In this document: positions 39,301 to 47,559 of the stretch, piece by piece
Numbering within the stretch: position 1 is the stretch's first letter
How the letters are laid out: the number at the start of each line of letters is the position of its first letter
Origin: a virus
Taxonomy: Duplodnaviria > Caudoviricetes
DNA: 64,000 nucleotides
Strand: one strand, 5' to 3'
Virus record (IMG/VR): IMGVR_UViG_3300031994_000044
Location: 32,001 to 96,000 of that record
The notes under the pieces: generated by a model
The model's database searches: none
Seen by the model: the letters and a program-made list of their open reading frames with translations, nothing else
Told to the model about the DNA's origin: nothing
Position numbers and translations under genes: made by a program

Positions 39301-39583
39301 GATAAATATCACCTATTTCAGGCCCGTTTGCTGTATCAGCAGCAATAAAAATACTGACTTTAGCATTTGGTATACCAAATCCATTATTAGCGATAACACG
39401 GCCCACAACAACACCATAATTAGAATTGTGCAGTTGATATGCGTCTTTACTTTTAATATTAACGGATAATATTTCGAAGGTATCATAATCCTGTATTAAA
39501 TCAGCGTTTACAGTGATGTATTTTTCTTTATTCTCACTACCTACCTTTGTTCTTATCCTGTATGATTTATTAGTTTCTGACAT
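33329..39583 (-). CDS. very large putative baseplate/tail protein with N-terminal beta-sandwich and an internal hydrophobic segment
   Basis: 2084 aa; GVVVGRV...IPNAKVSIF and TNNAGDYMICGVPVG (carboxypeptidase-regulatory-like fold); hydrophobic stretch near 38100-38215. Confidence 0.6.
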   Translation of the reverse strand: MSETNKSYRIRTKVGSENKEKYITVNADLIQDYDTFEILSVNIKSKDAYQLHNSNYGVVVGRVIANNGFGIPNAKVSIFIAADTANGPEIGDIYPFKSTVGRDKNGVRYNLLPNDRVDGCHQVVGTFPTKRYALDNDVILEVFDNYYTYTTKTNNAGDYMICGVPVGTHTLHMDLDLSDCGILSQKPRDFVYKGYTIEQFESPTKFKSGTDYGNLSQIFTQDQVVTVNPFWGNSSLGETIGLSRCDIDVNFKFEPTCVFMGSIFSDNVSNGYSAKCIPTDAMGYMDELTTGEGTIEMIRKTPGGSVEEFQIKGNKLINADGVWCYQIPMNLDYMVTDEFGNMVPTDDPEKGIATRASVRFRISMNDTEDNPDFYYRAKVLVPHNPQNKTEDYDYEFGTYTKDDSFRDLFWNNVYSVKSYIPRIQKHNNWKKEKFSGIKHCNKFGSNNPIPYNNIRIKLPLMFIIMCILIKAYIFICSIVNTVTVWVFRFLGWFVNRIRGFKKARGLVAKTLNKLRLIVLTDGLCPDLDNWYFAPCYKQFDENAYIYKGCTDQKEIKASFLNKEDDEGTNDEHINYNNDDVNYTGLTNNCGILLKYSDEDGNCDSFLSNHPNLNSNIYHNYTLSTDIDEKMYWQIDLLKRTLCSVAEGELEQNDPESIDSQNNQPEKAIQTSSGETEFESVCLTTKIDYLIACIEMNLAQEYNVINFDFYNDWINGTIYNPRWMRYINKKVKFLGITWVKDKIKGCMDDTKIFRRVRKYVQQCSIGYQPDYTISGHRTISNVPKPNLNLDSQIKQENNFHKQRGIKRALVFGPQNGGICHEGTTLKGQKVYYLKPCEFRTDDKKTNLYATDIILLGTFNDCDLNGLPKTFTHLTSTSYIMPTNLALTNMDTNGPLYAKDGGTVCISDEPTSGIVKNGITEMLGKDVVITIPTPTGITETHKGPLEKELDYFKGTKQYNISDSTYFPNENVYNDTIAMTEAAGISWNWTGPGQGKIDKSKMYYPGGHFLGLSCINSQTNIKSCINLERICEIGTSMSQRHEDVRELTSDGKLKYVYTVPSGFISSGEITDTDFRSMFATLNKKRLIATKRNPKTGYRFYDFEFIHPINFDGAFNKLVHDGSTDNPYNAHIKVMDENLSAYGITSNSDPEESAYTQTRTLETTSIDYYVYRFGLERGDDGNVSLNDCKQKFLIKSGSTYYLPQYENSYYFYFGLKQGATALDEFNKQFYAECDEIKIKTEPKIILGTEISFCEGKGTLHVITEGLTTPYQRIYVFDNNAGDILQVNPSTQNQNLIDLLNKDNFYIINENGENLMLNFGKYIVTIVDADDIEVSAEINIGIDLFRYDSSIIDFTKPISGDGLTNNSGREIYEGGFVFVENFESLYNGEGTENVSYRFNLSLNNNLLDDRYCDYFPELNAYAAFGIKPGDNYDLCIVWQCPEGQEVSAILQTNITFKDNSDLSLYLSGSTFRQECIKRDDLLSNMSQDFWWNNWADIGAETHDDNYNRNFFRSMFFKENNLGLFDSHVYAVGGNKVLWGSPQWPTQGGSSINDGLYPNIYCSKNYTTLPPGSFLDDTRSTTPTYGINKCNNNITQEDDNLSKAPNDSNCIYQYCAQVYNSNNAVGGSYHGTMKKNDDNTVSLDFEDDYFHEGYGCVFKPLPYGDLKFLTYKNQADLISQLEQTDETVKYGIIYPTFIYPVMKRPFFANYNARIYGSFNLSMASNEPVNTNINSNQLISIHNGITMKNNNNERFFAANTPKVYDEFINSPIMSADTYGLTLTSSVDRIYNIEKYNDNPSYYDLESPYHNKLAFNVIENVSFNPSNTINVVENYNFYDNLLYKYNLITYNIYDIIGNGESAEDIRYFIGCIDENQVKLFNVPTSYHYHNPEFSKYVYRLLAVLQNKKEYEVLFRFKEDSTISVSTWFTTVIAHVIFSTTGHSRITFWYKDNNESSVYANYEFNAQQNLNDNKIDLFLNDVTLGTYNAMWGIQENLPFKPVINYTVRNGNPDNNIQIIKFENDEYYGPDFKDFMTKLKQEGMLYPIEQANSLQNVDINTKHIFGIGVKTIYDSEYGQHSYIYKVYPNPFRYS

Positions 39584-39818
39584 GGTTTAATCTGAATGTT
39601 TTTTTTATGTTAATCGGTTTCTTTGAAAAACAATGCCTTGTTAATAAGGCAAGTCCTATAATAGGCATTACTGGTATCATCACCAAAAAAAGTAAAAAAC
39701 TTTTAACATAATATTCGACACTTTCCCTTATGTGTGTTGTTTTACTTTTAGGCTGATTATCACCATATTTCCTTTGCAAATAAGTTATTTGCTGATTTGT
39801 TTTACAACCGCAACTCAT
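39570..39818 (-). CDS. small membrane protein starting MSCGCK
   Basis: one long hydrophobic segment; first gene after CTATTTAT at 39839. Confidence 0.6.
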   Translation of the reverse strand: MSCGCKTNQQITYLQRKYGDNQPKSKTTHIRESVEYYVKSFLLFLVMIPVMPIIGLALLTRHCFSKKPINIKKTFRLNHVRN

Positions 39819-39838
39819 TTATTAAATTTTGTTCATTC

Positions 39839-39846
39839 ATAAATAG
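39839..39846 (-). promoter_or_regulatory. putative late promoter CTATTTAT
   Basis: heads the approximately 19-kb structural operon. Confidence 0.65.
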
Positions 39847-39886
39847 TTATTATGAAAAATATAAGATAAAATCTTTAAATATAAAC

Positions 39887-39915
39887 AAAAAAGCACACCT
39901 TTTTAAGATGTGCCT
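39887..39915 (-). terminator. intrinsic terminator, family B
   Basis: GCACATCT...AGGTGTGCTTTTTT on the minus strand. Confidence 0.75.
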
Positions 39916-39939
39916 AAAAATAATGGATTTTTTACGATG

Positions 39940-41883
39940 TTATTTTTCTTTAATTCTAATCCTAATATCTTTTTCAGGATATTTAACTTCAAACATGCTA
40001 TCTCCGTCACTATATAAAATACCGTCAGTAGCCTCTAAATCAATTAAATCACTGTCACCATCGCCAAGATAAGGCGTGTCTTCGTCAACTGCACTACTTG
40101 ATATGGTTTCTTGATTGATTAATGATGAAGAATAACCATTGCCATGTTCATTATAAACCCTAAAATCAATTAGATTGATAACACCGTCAACTTTTGAAAG
40201 TTCTTTTTCAATATCACCTGTGTAGATTTCATCGCCCATAATTTTGCTATTGACATCCATGTAGTTTCTAATAACATTGATTAAATCCGATATAACGACC
40301 GTTTTTTCATAATTTTTATCAATAATAACATCAACATCAAACGACAGATTTATAATTCTTCCACTTTTAATTTCGACAAAATCATTAATCATCTTATAAC
40401 CTGAAAGATAATTAGTAATATTGTTTATCAATGTAACAGGTAATAAGTCATTTAATTTACCATCGCCATCAATACCGAGTAAATAAATCATTATCTTATT
40501 ATTTTCCTCAATAACGCCAATTCTAAAAGGTGTTCCATATTTAGGGGGTAATCTTAATATTCTGTCAATATAATCTTTAACAGTTACGCATCTATTTTGT
40601 GCACCTTTATTATATTTTATCAAATATCTTAATTCTCGTTCACTTGGAATATCTTTACCTGATACTGAAGGTGTTGTATTTTCAACTTTCAATGTTTGAT
40701 AGATGGCATTTGCTATCTCACTGTCACCTCTAAATTCAGCGTTTAAAGAAGAAATCTTATTAATAGCGCCTTTTGCTACATTACTTGATTTTCCACCACC
40801 ATTTCTATATAAGATATAAAGTGTACTTTCAGCATTAGGTAATATACCTAAATTATTGTTGTTCAATATTCTGGTAATTTGCCATTTTGAAAACTCTGCC
40901 ATGGAACTATTTTCATGTAAACAGTCCACATTTCCATTACCTGACCCGAATATAATTTTTAGATAACCATTATCCATGTATTCAGTAATGAATTTTCGTT
41001 CTATTGGTCGCCATTCACCTTTTGTTATGTAAAATATCGGTTTTTTGTCTTTACTGACACTTGCATACCAAGGATTTCCGTCAGAATCATAGACATACAT
41101 TACAGGTTTTCCGTCATGTTCCTGGTCAAGCCAAGCCCAATTTTGAGCAAGATTATCCACTTCATAATATCTATCCATCCCCTTGCAACCACTTGAATAA
41201 AAATCACCATATGTTGGAGGTGTAACTCTATTGTCAATTCCGTCAACCACTAATATTGATTCAATATTCATAACGCCCTCAAATGGTAAAATAACTTCCA
41301 TGAACGGATAAATGTCGCTTGCGTGAAGAACTTGTCTATAAACACGTGTTTCACCTGCGGTCACAACGGCCAATTTTGAAACAGTATAACCAGTTATAAC
41401 ACCATTTGTGTTTACCTTTGGTATTATTGTTCTGTTCGTATTGCCATTTGAATCAAATTGTAATTTAAAATCAACATCTTCAAGCAATTCGAAAGACTGT
41501 GACGCTGAAGCAAATTTTGTACCTCTCTTAACAATTGGAGCAACATCCCAATTAGGCTCGTTAAGGCCCGATGGTAAAATACAACTTATTCTAACTTCAG
41601 CCATTGACCCTTTGGGGCCTGGTATTTTAACACCATTATTTCTTGCAAGGGCATATAATGAAGCCCTTTCCTGTGCACTGTCAATGTTGGTTTCCTGATA
41701 AGCTCTATCAATATAATATGATAAGTTATCAGCTACATCAGCGGCCAAATCAATTTGCCATGATGCAACAGAAGCATCATCATAAGTTACATTGAAATCG
41801 GGATAATATTTTTTTGAAAATTCAATTAACGCATCTTTGTAATCTTCAAAATTCCTGTTTAAATACGAAATACCTTTTTCCAT
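39940..41883 (-). CDS. baseplate wedge protein (T4 gp6 / baseplate J-like)
   Basis: YLNRNFEDYK, DNLSYYIDR, SAQERASLYALAR, FGSG, AQNRCVTVKDY motifs. Confidence 0.85.
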   Translation of the reverse strand: MEKGISYLNRNFEDYKDALIEFSKKYYPDFNVTYDDASVASWQIDLAADVADNLSYYIDRAYQETNIDSAQERASLYALARNNGVKIPGPKGSMAEVRISCILPSGLNEPNWDVAPIVKRGTKFASASQSFELLEDVDFKLQFDSNGNTNRTIIPKVNTNGVITGYTVSKLAVVTAGETRVYRQVLHASDIYPFMEVILPFEGVMNIESILVVDGIDNRVTPPTYGDFYSSGCKGMDRYYEVDNLAQNWAWLDQEHDGKPVMYVYDSDGNPWYASVSKDKKPIFYITKGEWRPIERKFITEYMDNGYLKIIFGSGNGNVDCLHENSSMAEFSKWQITRILNNNNLGILPNAESTLYILYRNGGGKSSNVAKGAINKISSLNAEFRGDSEIANAIYQTLKVENTTPSVSGKDIPSERELRYLIKYNKGAQNRCVTVKDYIDRILRLPPKYGTPFRIGVIEENNKIMIYLLGIDGDGKLNDLLPVTLINNITNYLSGYKMINDFVEIKSGRIINLSFDVDVIIDKNYEKTVVISDLINVIRNYMDVNSKIMGDEIYTGDIEKELSKVDGVINLIDFRVYNEHGNGYSSSLINQETISSSAVDEDTPYLGDGDSDLIDLEATDGILYSDGDSMFEVKYPEKDIRIRIKEK

Positions 41884-42272
41884 CAGATTTTAACTCCTAC
41901 CGTTGTTACTTCAGTTTTATTACCAATTTTAATACTATACTCTATGGTGACTATTATGGCATTTTCATCCTCGTTATTTTTATATACATTAAAGTTCCTA
42001 AATTCCACTTCGGGAACATATTTTCGTATTGATTCCGATATTTCCTCTTTTATACTAGAAATCGTGTATTCATCCTTTTGGCTGAATATGTATTTTATCA
42101 AGTCGGTTCCAAATTCAGGGTCTCTTAACTTTTGACCTTTGGGTGTAAAAATTACATGCAAAACCTTAGATTTAACACAATCACTTTCAGTGTTATTAAG
42201 GTCAAGATAAATACATTCATCATTGTTGGATGTGAATGGATATTTTATGCCATATTTTTGATGTTTAGCCAT
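41883..42272 (-). CDS. baseplate wedge subunit (gp25/gpW-like)
   Basis: GIKYPF, IFTPKGQKLRDPEFGTDLIKYIF, IRKYVPEV. Confidence 0.88.
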   Translation of the reverse strand: MAKHQKYGIKYPFTSNNDECIYLDLNNTESDCVKSKVLHVIFTPKGQKLRDPEFGTDLIKYIFSQKDEYTISSIKEEISESIRKYVPEVEFRNFNVYKNNEDENAIIVTIEYSIKIGNKTEVTTVGVKI

Positions 42273-42291
42273 TTAAGTTTTATTTTTATTT

Positions 42292-42299
42292 ATAAATAG
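42292..42299 (-). promoter_or_regulatory. putative late promoter CTATTTAT
   Basis: conserved 8-mer upstream of the gp25-like gene. Confidence 0.65.
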
Positions 42300-42304
42300 C
42301 AGTT

Positions 42305-43129
42305 TTAATCTTTTATGAATTCCATTTTAAATAATCCATTGTTAAATTGTACAAGTGTTGGCTTTTTGATTAATTTACCTAAATCTATTTCAGATTTATT
42401 CCAATTCATTGAAAACCAAGCCAATTTCATTGCACTAATCATTACATCATTATCATTACGGTCTATACCTTCTATTTTTGTGTTCACATAAAAAGTCGAA
42501 GAATTAACATCTTTAAATGAATAATCTTCAAAACAGTCTATTGCGTTTACTTCTATGAATTGATTAATAATATTTGGCCCTTTGAATTCTCTGTATTTTA
42601 ACAAGCACCATACCACAACTTCATCATTTGCCATACGCCGCCCTATATATTCAGCACTATTATTTACAACTTCTTTAACTAACTTTTTACTAATTAGTGT
42701 AAAATCACCACGTAAAAACGGAACATGTAACACAGGAAATACTAATCTACCACCATATATTTTATCATCATTTATCAATGCACTGTTTACAAATTTATCG
42801 ACTAAATCAATATTAATAACAGTTGCCGTATTTGTTAATAAAATATAGTCAAATTCTATATCAGGGTTATTGTAGAGTGTTATAAGGCTTTTCAAAGTCT
42901 TTTCCCCCGTACCATAATAATCATCACTGCTTATGGCATATATAACATGGTTTTCAAGGTCAATACTATTTTCGTTTGACGAATGCATAAATAAAAGATT
43001 AAAATTATCTTTTTCACCACTAACAATACTTTTAGCCCATGTTTCTTTTATAATATTTTCTTCTTGTAAATATGGCTGTAAATCACAAGACAATGATAAA
43101 ATTAAAACTTTCTTTTTCTGTTTTTCCAT
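42305..43129 (-). CDS. putative glycosyltransferase (GT31/galactosyltransferase-like)
   Basis: IIKETW, DDYYGTGEKT, FDYILLTN, FLRGDFTLIS, NDEV pattern. Confidence 0.55.
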   Translation of the reverse strand: MEKQKKKVLILSLSCDLQPYLQEENIIKETWAKSIVSGEKDNFNLLFMHSSNENSIDLENHVIYAISSDDYYGTGEKTLKSLITLYNNPDIEFDYILLTNTATVINIDLVDKFVNSALINDDKIYGGRLVFPVLHVPFLRGDFTLISKKLVKEVVNNSAEYIGRRMANDEVVVWCLLKYREFKGPNIINQFIEVNAIDCFEDYSFKDVNSSTFYVNTKIEGIDRNDNDVMISAMKLAWFSMNWNKSEIDLGKLIKKPTLVQFNNGLFKMEFIKD

Positions 43130-45915
43130 TAGGTATACATATTTTCTTCCATCTTTATATAAGGTAATTTATAGATTCTATCGTTACTGAAATTATGTTG
43201 CAGCCATAAGGTCCATATTCTTTCAGATAAGAAGCCGCCTATCTCACTTTGCCATTTAACTGCTGCTTCAGTTATTGGTTCTTTCTCATATCTAATATAT
43301 TTACCTGTTTCCATATTGTATTTTACATGGTCTATTAAATCAGCTTGTGTATGAAGATTTGCCAAATCAAGATAATATTGGAGACAACTAAATAAAAATT
43401 CAGAATATCTATCAAAATCTTCAGATTTCATAATAAAGCCATTTGAGTAATATAGATTTTCGCCATGTTTAATATATTTATCATAATCCTCTGCATATTC
43501 AGGATAAAAATGCTTAATAGCGACTTCCAAGATATATAAATCATCTATACAATTTGAAAAAGCGTACCCTTCTTCGACGGTTTTTGCTGGTATACACATT
43601 GGCTGTTCCTTTGTTGGTTTACTGTTTTCAGGATGATTAAATGGTTCGCAGGTTATTACATCATAGTTTTTAAATATTTTTTCAAAATCCATTGTTTCAT
43701 TAACTCCTGAAAGTGGTCTTCTGTATTGCATTTGGCCCTTATATTTTGCATTTTCTATGTTTTTCCAAATCCAATAAGTACCTGTTGATTCGATGAAGAA
43801 ATAATTTTTATCTGATATATTGTCACCTGTGTTATCTTTTAGATTACAAACATTCATATTATTTGCCGCACCGACTTGTAATGGTGTAACAACTGAATCA
43901 TCCAAGAATTTAAAATCTTTTCTTTCATAGCATAATGAGAATATACGGACATCTTCCCTTTTCTCGCCATCATACGGTAACAAATAACCCATATCAATAC
44001 CAAGTTCCTTGTTAAATAAATCAACTTTTTCTTTTGTTACCTCATTACGTTTAAAGAATAATTCAAGCAAATGTTTTTGTGTTATCTGATTTCCATCACA
44101 AAAACCTCGTTTGATTTTTTTTGCAAATTCTTCGGCTGTTTTTGTTGTAAAATGCATAATTCCACCATTTCTGAAATCATATGGAACAAAAGGCGATTTG
44201 GAATCACATGGAAGTCCAAATGAAGTACAACATTTTATTTCTTCCATTGGAGTGTGTGGGGTGGTTTTAAATGTAATTTTATCAAGTCCGCCTCTTATTA
44301 TTGATTTGATATGGAATGTATCGGGTATTTTATATTCAGGTGCTAAATTAACATTCAAAGGTGTTTTAATCCTTTGCAACAAAGGAAGCCCGTTGTTATA
44401 AACCATACCTTCATCACCATACATAAGCCAATTTAAGTGAACCATATCAAAATTATCAAATATATTGTCACTTAAAAAACCTTTAATCGTTCTGTGTTTG
44501 TGCAAGAATATAAATTCATCAATATCCAAAAACGCAATCCAGTCATATTTATTACCATATTCTGCATAGCACTCATTATAAGCCTTATTCTGACATGGTT
44601 CGGTTATATTCCTATAATCTTTAAGAATGACATATCCATTGTCTATATAATCACCGATTACATCATGGAAATCATCTTCACCGTCTCTGTTGTTATCATA
44701 TAAGCAAATATTGGTAAAACCTAAGTTCTTGTTATATTCAACAAATTCTCTTATATAATCATTTTCAAAACGTCCGATACAGCATAATAGCACCTTTATA
44801 TCATCTTTATTGATTTTTAAAAATTCAGTTTCAAATGTCTTCGCAACATTTTCCCATGTATAATCTTTAACACAATCATATGAAGATTTTACTTTTGAAA
44901 GTCTGTAATTTTCATCTTTAAGGCATTTAATGGCATCTTCAGCCATTTTTTTGTAAAATTCCTCTAGACGGTCATATTCCATTGGTTCCCAAATACTATC
45001 AAATAAATCGGCACATATAAACCCGTCATAATCATTAAGCGTTGTATAGAAACAACCCCACGGCCCTAAAATACACGCATTTTTAGCAAAAGCGTTTTCA
45101 ACCGTTGTGATTGAAAATGTTTCTTCATTTCTGTTGTATTCCGAATCATATCCATGGTTTATATATACCCAAATTTTTGATTCACATTGTCTTTTAATCA
45201 ATTCTTCTCTTGGGATGTTATTTAATATGTTAACACCGTCTTGTTTGTATAAAGAACTTACATCGGACTTTTCAAGCCACCAACTGCATATGTCAACTTC
45301 AAAATCAGGTATTTCTTTTTTAATCAAGGGAAAAACATTTTCCATGAACATTCTTAATCCCCTGTTAGGACCTTGCGAAAAAAGCATTTTGTTTTTCTTT
45401 TCAAGATTTGAATACTTTTCATAAAGAGTATGGTCTATTGCTTGAAAAGTTTTGGTAAATTTATTTTCTGGTATATTGTATTTCTCTTTTAATACCTTCA
45501 ATTGAAATGCTGATTGGTAAAATATTTTTTTAATACGGTCAATATTAAAATCAGGTGTATAATTTACAATCTCCGTATCATGTGCCATTATATATACATT
45601 GTCACAATTTACAATTTCATTGTCAATTATTGGCTTAACTGTACGGCTTAAAATAATCTCATCAAATTTTATCTCTGAACATATTTTTTTGAAAGAGGAT
45701 ATATTCTTGTATTTTATTGCATTGTCCCCAACAATATAATTATGCTCGGTTTCAGGGTTACCGAACACATAAACATCATGTCCGCGTTTAGCAAATTCTT
45801 TTGATAATTCTATGGCCCAAATTTCACTGCCACCGACTTTTCCTTGTTCATAATTTCTTTCGTCCCATTTAAAGTTTTCATCAGGGACATAACAATATAT
45901 TCCTATTATTTTCAT
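43129..45915 (-). CDS. multidomain glycosyltransferase (GT4-like + GT2/GT92-like + DUF4422-like)
   Basis: VGGSEIWA and ETFSITTVE; LYDNN and WIAFLDIDEF; PLQVGAA, DNTGDNISDKN, QYRR, GFLSER; start placed at ATG 45915. Confidence 0.82.
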   Translation of the reverse strand: MKIIGIYCYVPDENFKWDERNYEQGKVGGSEIWAIELSKEFAKRGHDVYVFGNPETEHNYIVGDNAIKYKNISSFKKICSEIKFDEIILSRTVKPIIDNEIVNCDNVYIMAHDTEIVNYTPDFNIDRIKKIFYQSAFQLKVLKEKYNIPENKFTKTFQAIDHTLYEKYSNLEKKNKMLFSQGPNRGLRMFMENVFPLIKKEIPDFEVDICSWWLEKSDVSSLYKQDGVNILNNIPREELIKRQCESKIWVYINHGYDSEYNRNEETFSITTVENAFAKNACILGPWGCFYTTLNDYDGFICADLFDSIWEPMEYDRLEEFYKKMAEDAIKCLKDENYRLSKVKSSYDCVKDYTWENVAKTFETEFLKINKDDIKVLLCCIGRFENDYIREFVEYNKNLGFTNICLYDNNRDGEDDFHDVIGDYIDNGYVILKDYRNITEPCQNKAYNECYAEYGNKYDWIAFLDIDEFIFLHKHRTIKGFLSDNIFDNFDMVHLNWLMYGDEGMVYNNGLPLLQRIKTPLNVNLAPEYKIPDTFHIKSIIRGGLDKITFKTTPHTPMEEIKCCTSFGLPCDSKSPFVPYDFRNGGIMHFTTKTAEEFAKKIKRGFCDGNQITQKHLLELFFKRNEVTKEKVDLFNKELGIDMGYLLPYDGEKREDVRIFSLCYERKDFKFLDDSVVTPLQVGAANNMNVCNLKDNTGDNISDKNYFFIESTGTYWIWKNIENAKYKGQMQYRRPLSGVNETMDFEKIFKNYDVITCEPFNHPENSKPTKEQPMCIPAKTVEEGYAFSNCIDDLYILEVAIKHFYPEYAEDYDKYIKHGENLYYSNGFIMKSEDFDRYSEFLFSCLQYYLDLANLHTQADLIDHVKYNMETGKYIRYEKEPITEAAVKWQSEIGGFLSERIWTLWLQHNFSNDRIYKLPYIKMEENMYT

Positions 45916-45970
45916 TACATAAAAATTTATAAAAAGTAAAGAAAAATGTTTTTTAGTAAATATAAAAAAC

Positions 45971-46000
45971 AAAAAAACGCACCTAAAAAGATGCGTTTTT
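45971..46000 (-). terminator. intrinsic terminator
   Basis: AAAAACGCACCT-AAAA-AGATGCGTTTTT. Confidence 0.75.
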
Positions 46001-46018
46001 ATTCATTTTTTTGTGCTT

Positions 46019-46951
46019 TTAATTAATTCCTAAACGCGCTTTGAGTTTTAGTATCTCATCATACAATTTATCAATTGCAGCCAATGCAACTATTGATAAT
46101 TTGTCATATGCAACAGCATATTCACCATTTTCATCGACATTGACAAGTTCGGGATAAATTTCTTTCAGTTTTTGTGCTGAAGTACCGATATTTACACCTT
46201 GAGGTTCACCGCTTTTCCATTCAAAATACTGTTTAGGTATTATTTTCAATTCTTCAAGATTGCATCTAATATTACCCTTGAATGTTTTAAGTGTTTCATC
46301 TGACAATGAATATAAAAGACCATTTGTCATGTAAACATTTGCATTTGTATTAACATTAGAAGTATTAAAGACTGAATTAGTTGCACTTGAACCTATTAAA
46401 TAACGTTTTGAGTCTGAAGCTGATAATGTAATTGCATTATAATTAGTACCATTAGCACCTGTTGGACCTTGTGGACCTTCTTCTCCTGTAGGACCTTGTG
46501 CACCTGTTGGACCTGTAGGACCTGTATTACCTGTTGCACCTGTAGGGCCTTTAGCACCCGTAGGGCCTTGTGGACCTGTTGGGCCTATAGCACCCGTAGG
46601 TCCATTTACTGTCGGTATTGTTAATATTTTTCCTCTTGTGCCTTGTGTTATTGTTGGCGTTACGACCGTATCACTCATTGTTGCAGCGGTAATAATATTC
46701 ATATCAGTATAATCCATTGCATTCACCAATGCATTTGCCGCATATTCAGATGCTTCTGTTTTAGAGGCAAAATTTGTGCTATAATATTCATTTTCCATGA
46801 ATAATGCAACACTATCATCATACTTTTTTGTTGCTAAAAATGATTTACCTGTACCAGAGGCATAATTAACATAGACCTCACCGTAATCCATTGTGACCGC
46901 TGACGGGATTTTATCAACTTGATTACTTTTCTTTAAAATAACTTTTGGCAT
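46019..46951 (-). CDS. collagen-like fibre protein with C-terminal intramolecular chaperone (peptidase S74-like)
   Basis: about 18 Gly-X-Y triplets rich in GPT; SDETLK...[12 protein letters not shown]...VAYDKL; N-terminal ILKKS...YGEVYVN module. Confidence 0.82.
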   Translation of the reverse strand: MPKVILKKSNQVDKIPSAVTMDYGEVYVNYASGTGKSFLATKKYDDSVALFMENEYYSTNFASKTEASEYAANALVNAMDYTDMNIITAATMSDTVVTPTITQGTRGKILTIPTVNGPTGAIGPTGPQGPTGAKGPTGATGNTGPTGPTGAQGPTGEEGPQGPTGANGTNYNAITLSASDSKRYLIGSSATNSVFNTSNVNTNANVYMTNGLLYSLSDETLKTFKGNIRCNLEELKIIPKQYFEWKSGEPQGVNIGTSAQKLKEIYPELVNVDENGEYAVAYDKLSIVALAAIDKLYDEILKLKARLGIN

Positions 46952-47007
46952 ATATAGATATGTGTTTTTTAAATCTTATAGAAGACAATTATTATTATAT
47001 TATAATA

Positions 47008-47015
47008 ATAAATAG
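47008..47015 (-). promoter_or_regulatory. putative late promoter CTATTTAT
   Basis: conserved 8-mer upstream of the collagen fibre gene. Confidence 0.6.
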
Positions 47016-47040
47016 CCAATCATTAAGAAAAAGCAACAAA

Positions 47041-47065
47041 AAAAGCCATGATTTTTCATGGCTTT
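47041..47065 (-). terminator. intrinsic terminator
   Basis: AAAGCCATGA-TTTT-TCATGGCTTT. Confidence 0.8.
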
Positions 47066-47089
47066 AATAAAAAACAAGTATTTACAATT

Positions 47090-47551
47090 CTATTGCTTCC
47101 AAAATTTATATGTTATATCAAGCGGTTCACCATTATAAATATAATAAAGTCTTTGATTTGTCGTTTTTTTGTTTAATGGGCCATATTCTTCAATATATGG
47201 ACCGACTTTAACATAATTAAAATTATCAATCATATATTGTTTCAATTCGGATTGTCCTGAATATAGCCCTGTTGCTAAGTTATAGTTATCACTAATATAT
47301 TTTGACAATTTACAGAGACTTTCAATATCATTACCTTCACCCATGAAACATATACAAGTTATACCATCGTTTTTTTCGACAAGTTTATCAATTGCTTCAA
47401 AAGTTAGTTCATCGCCTATATTTTCTCGTAAATAAGGCGAATGACAACCAATGCAATTGTTTTGACAATTACTTATATTTATTGCCAATGTTACCTCGTC
47501 AGGTATTTCAGCGAATACCACCATAGTTTCGTTTTTTATGTATTTAATCAT
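47090..47551 (-). CDS. nrdG: anaerobic ribonucleotide reductase activating protein
   Basis: CQNNCIGCHS radical-SAM motif; EIPDEVTLA; TNQR; adjacent to nrdD. Confidence 0.92.
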   Translation of the reverse strand: MIKYIKNETMVVFAEIPDEVTLAINISNCQNNCIGCHSPYLRENIGDELTFEAIDKLVEKNDGITCICFMGEGNDIESLCKLSKYISDNYNLATGLYSGQSELKQYMIDNFNYVKVGPYIEEYGPLNKKTTNQRLYYIYNGEPLDITYKFWKQ

Positions 47552-47559
47552 AATCGAAA

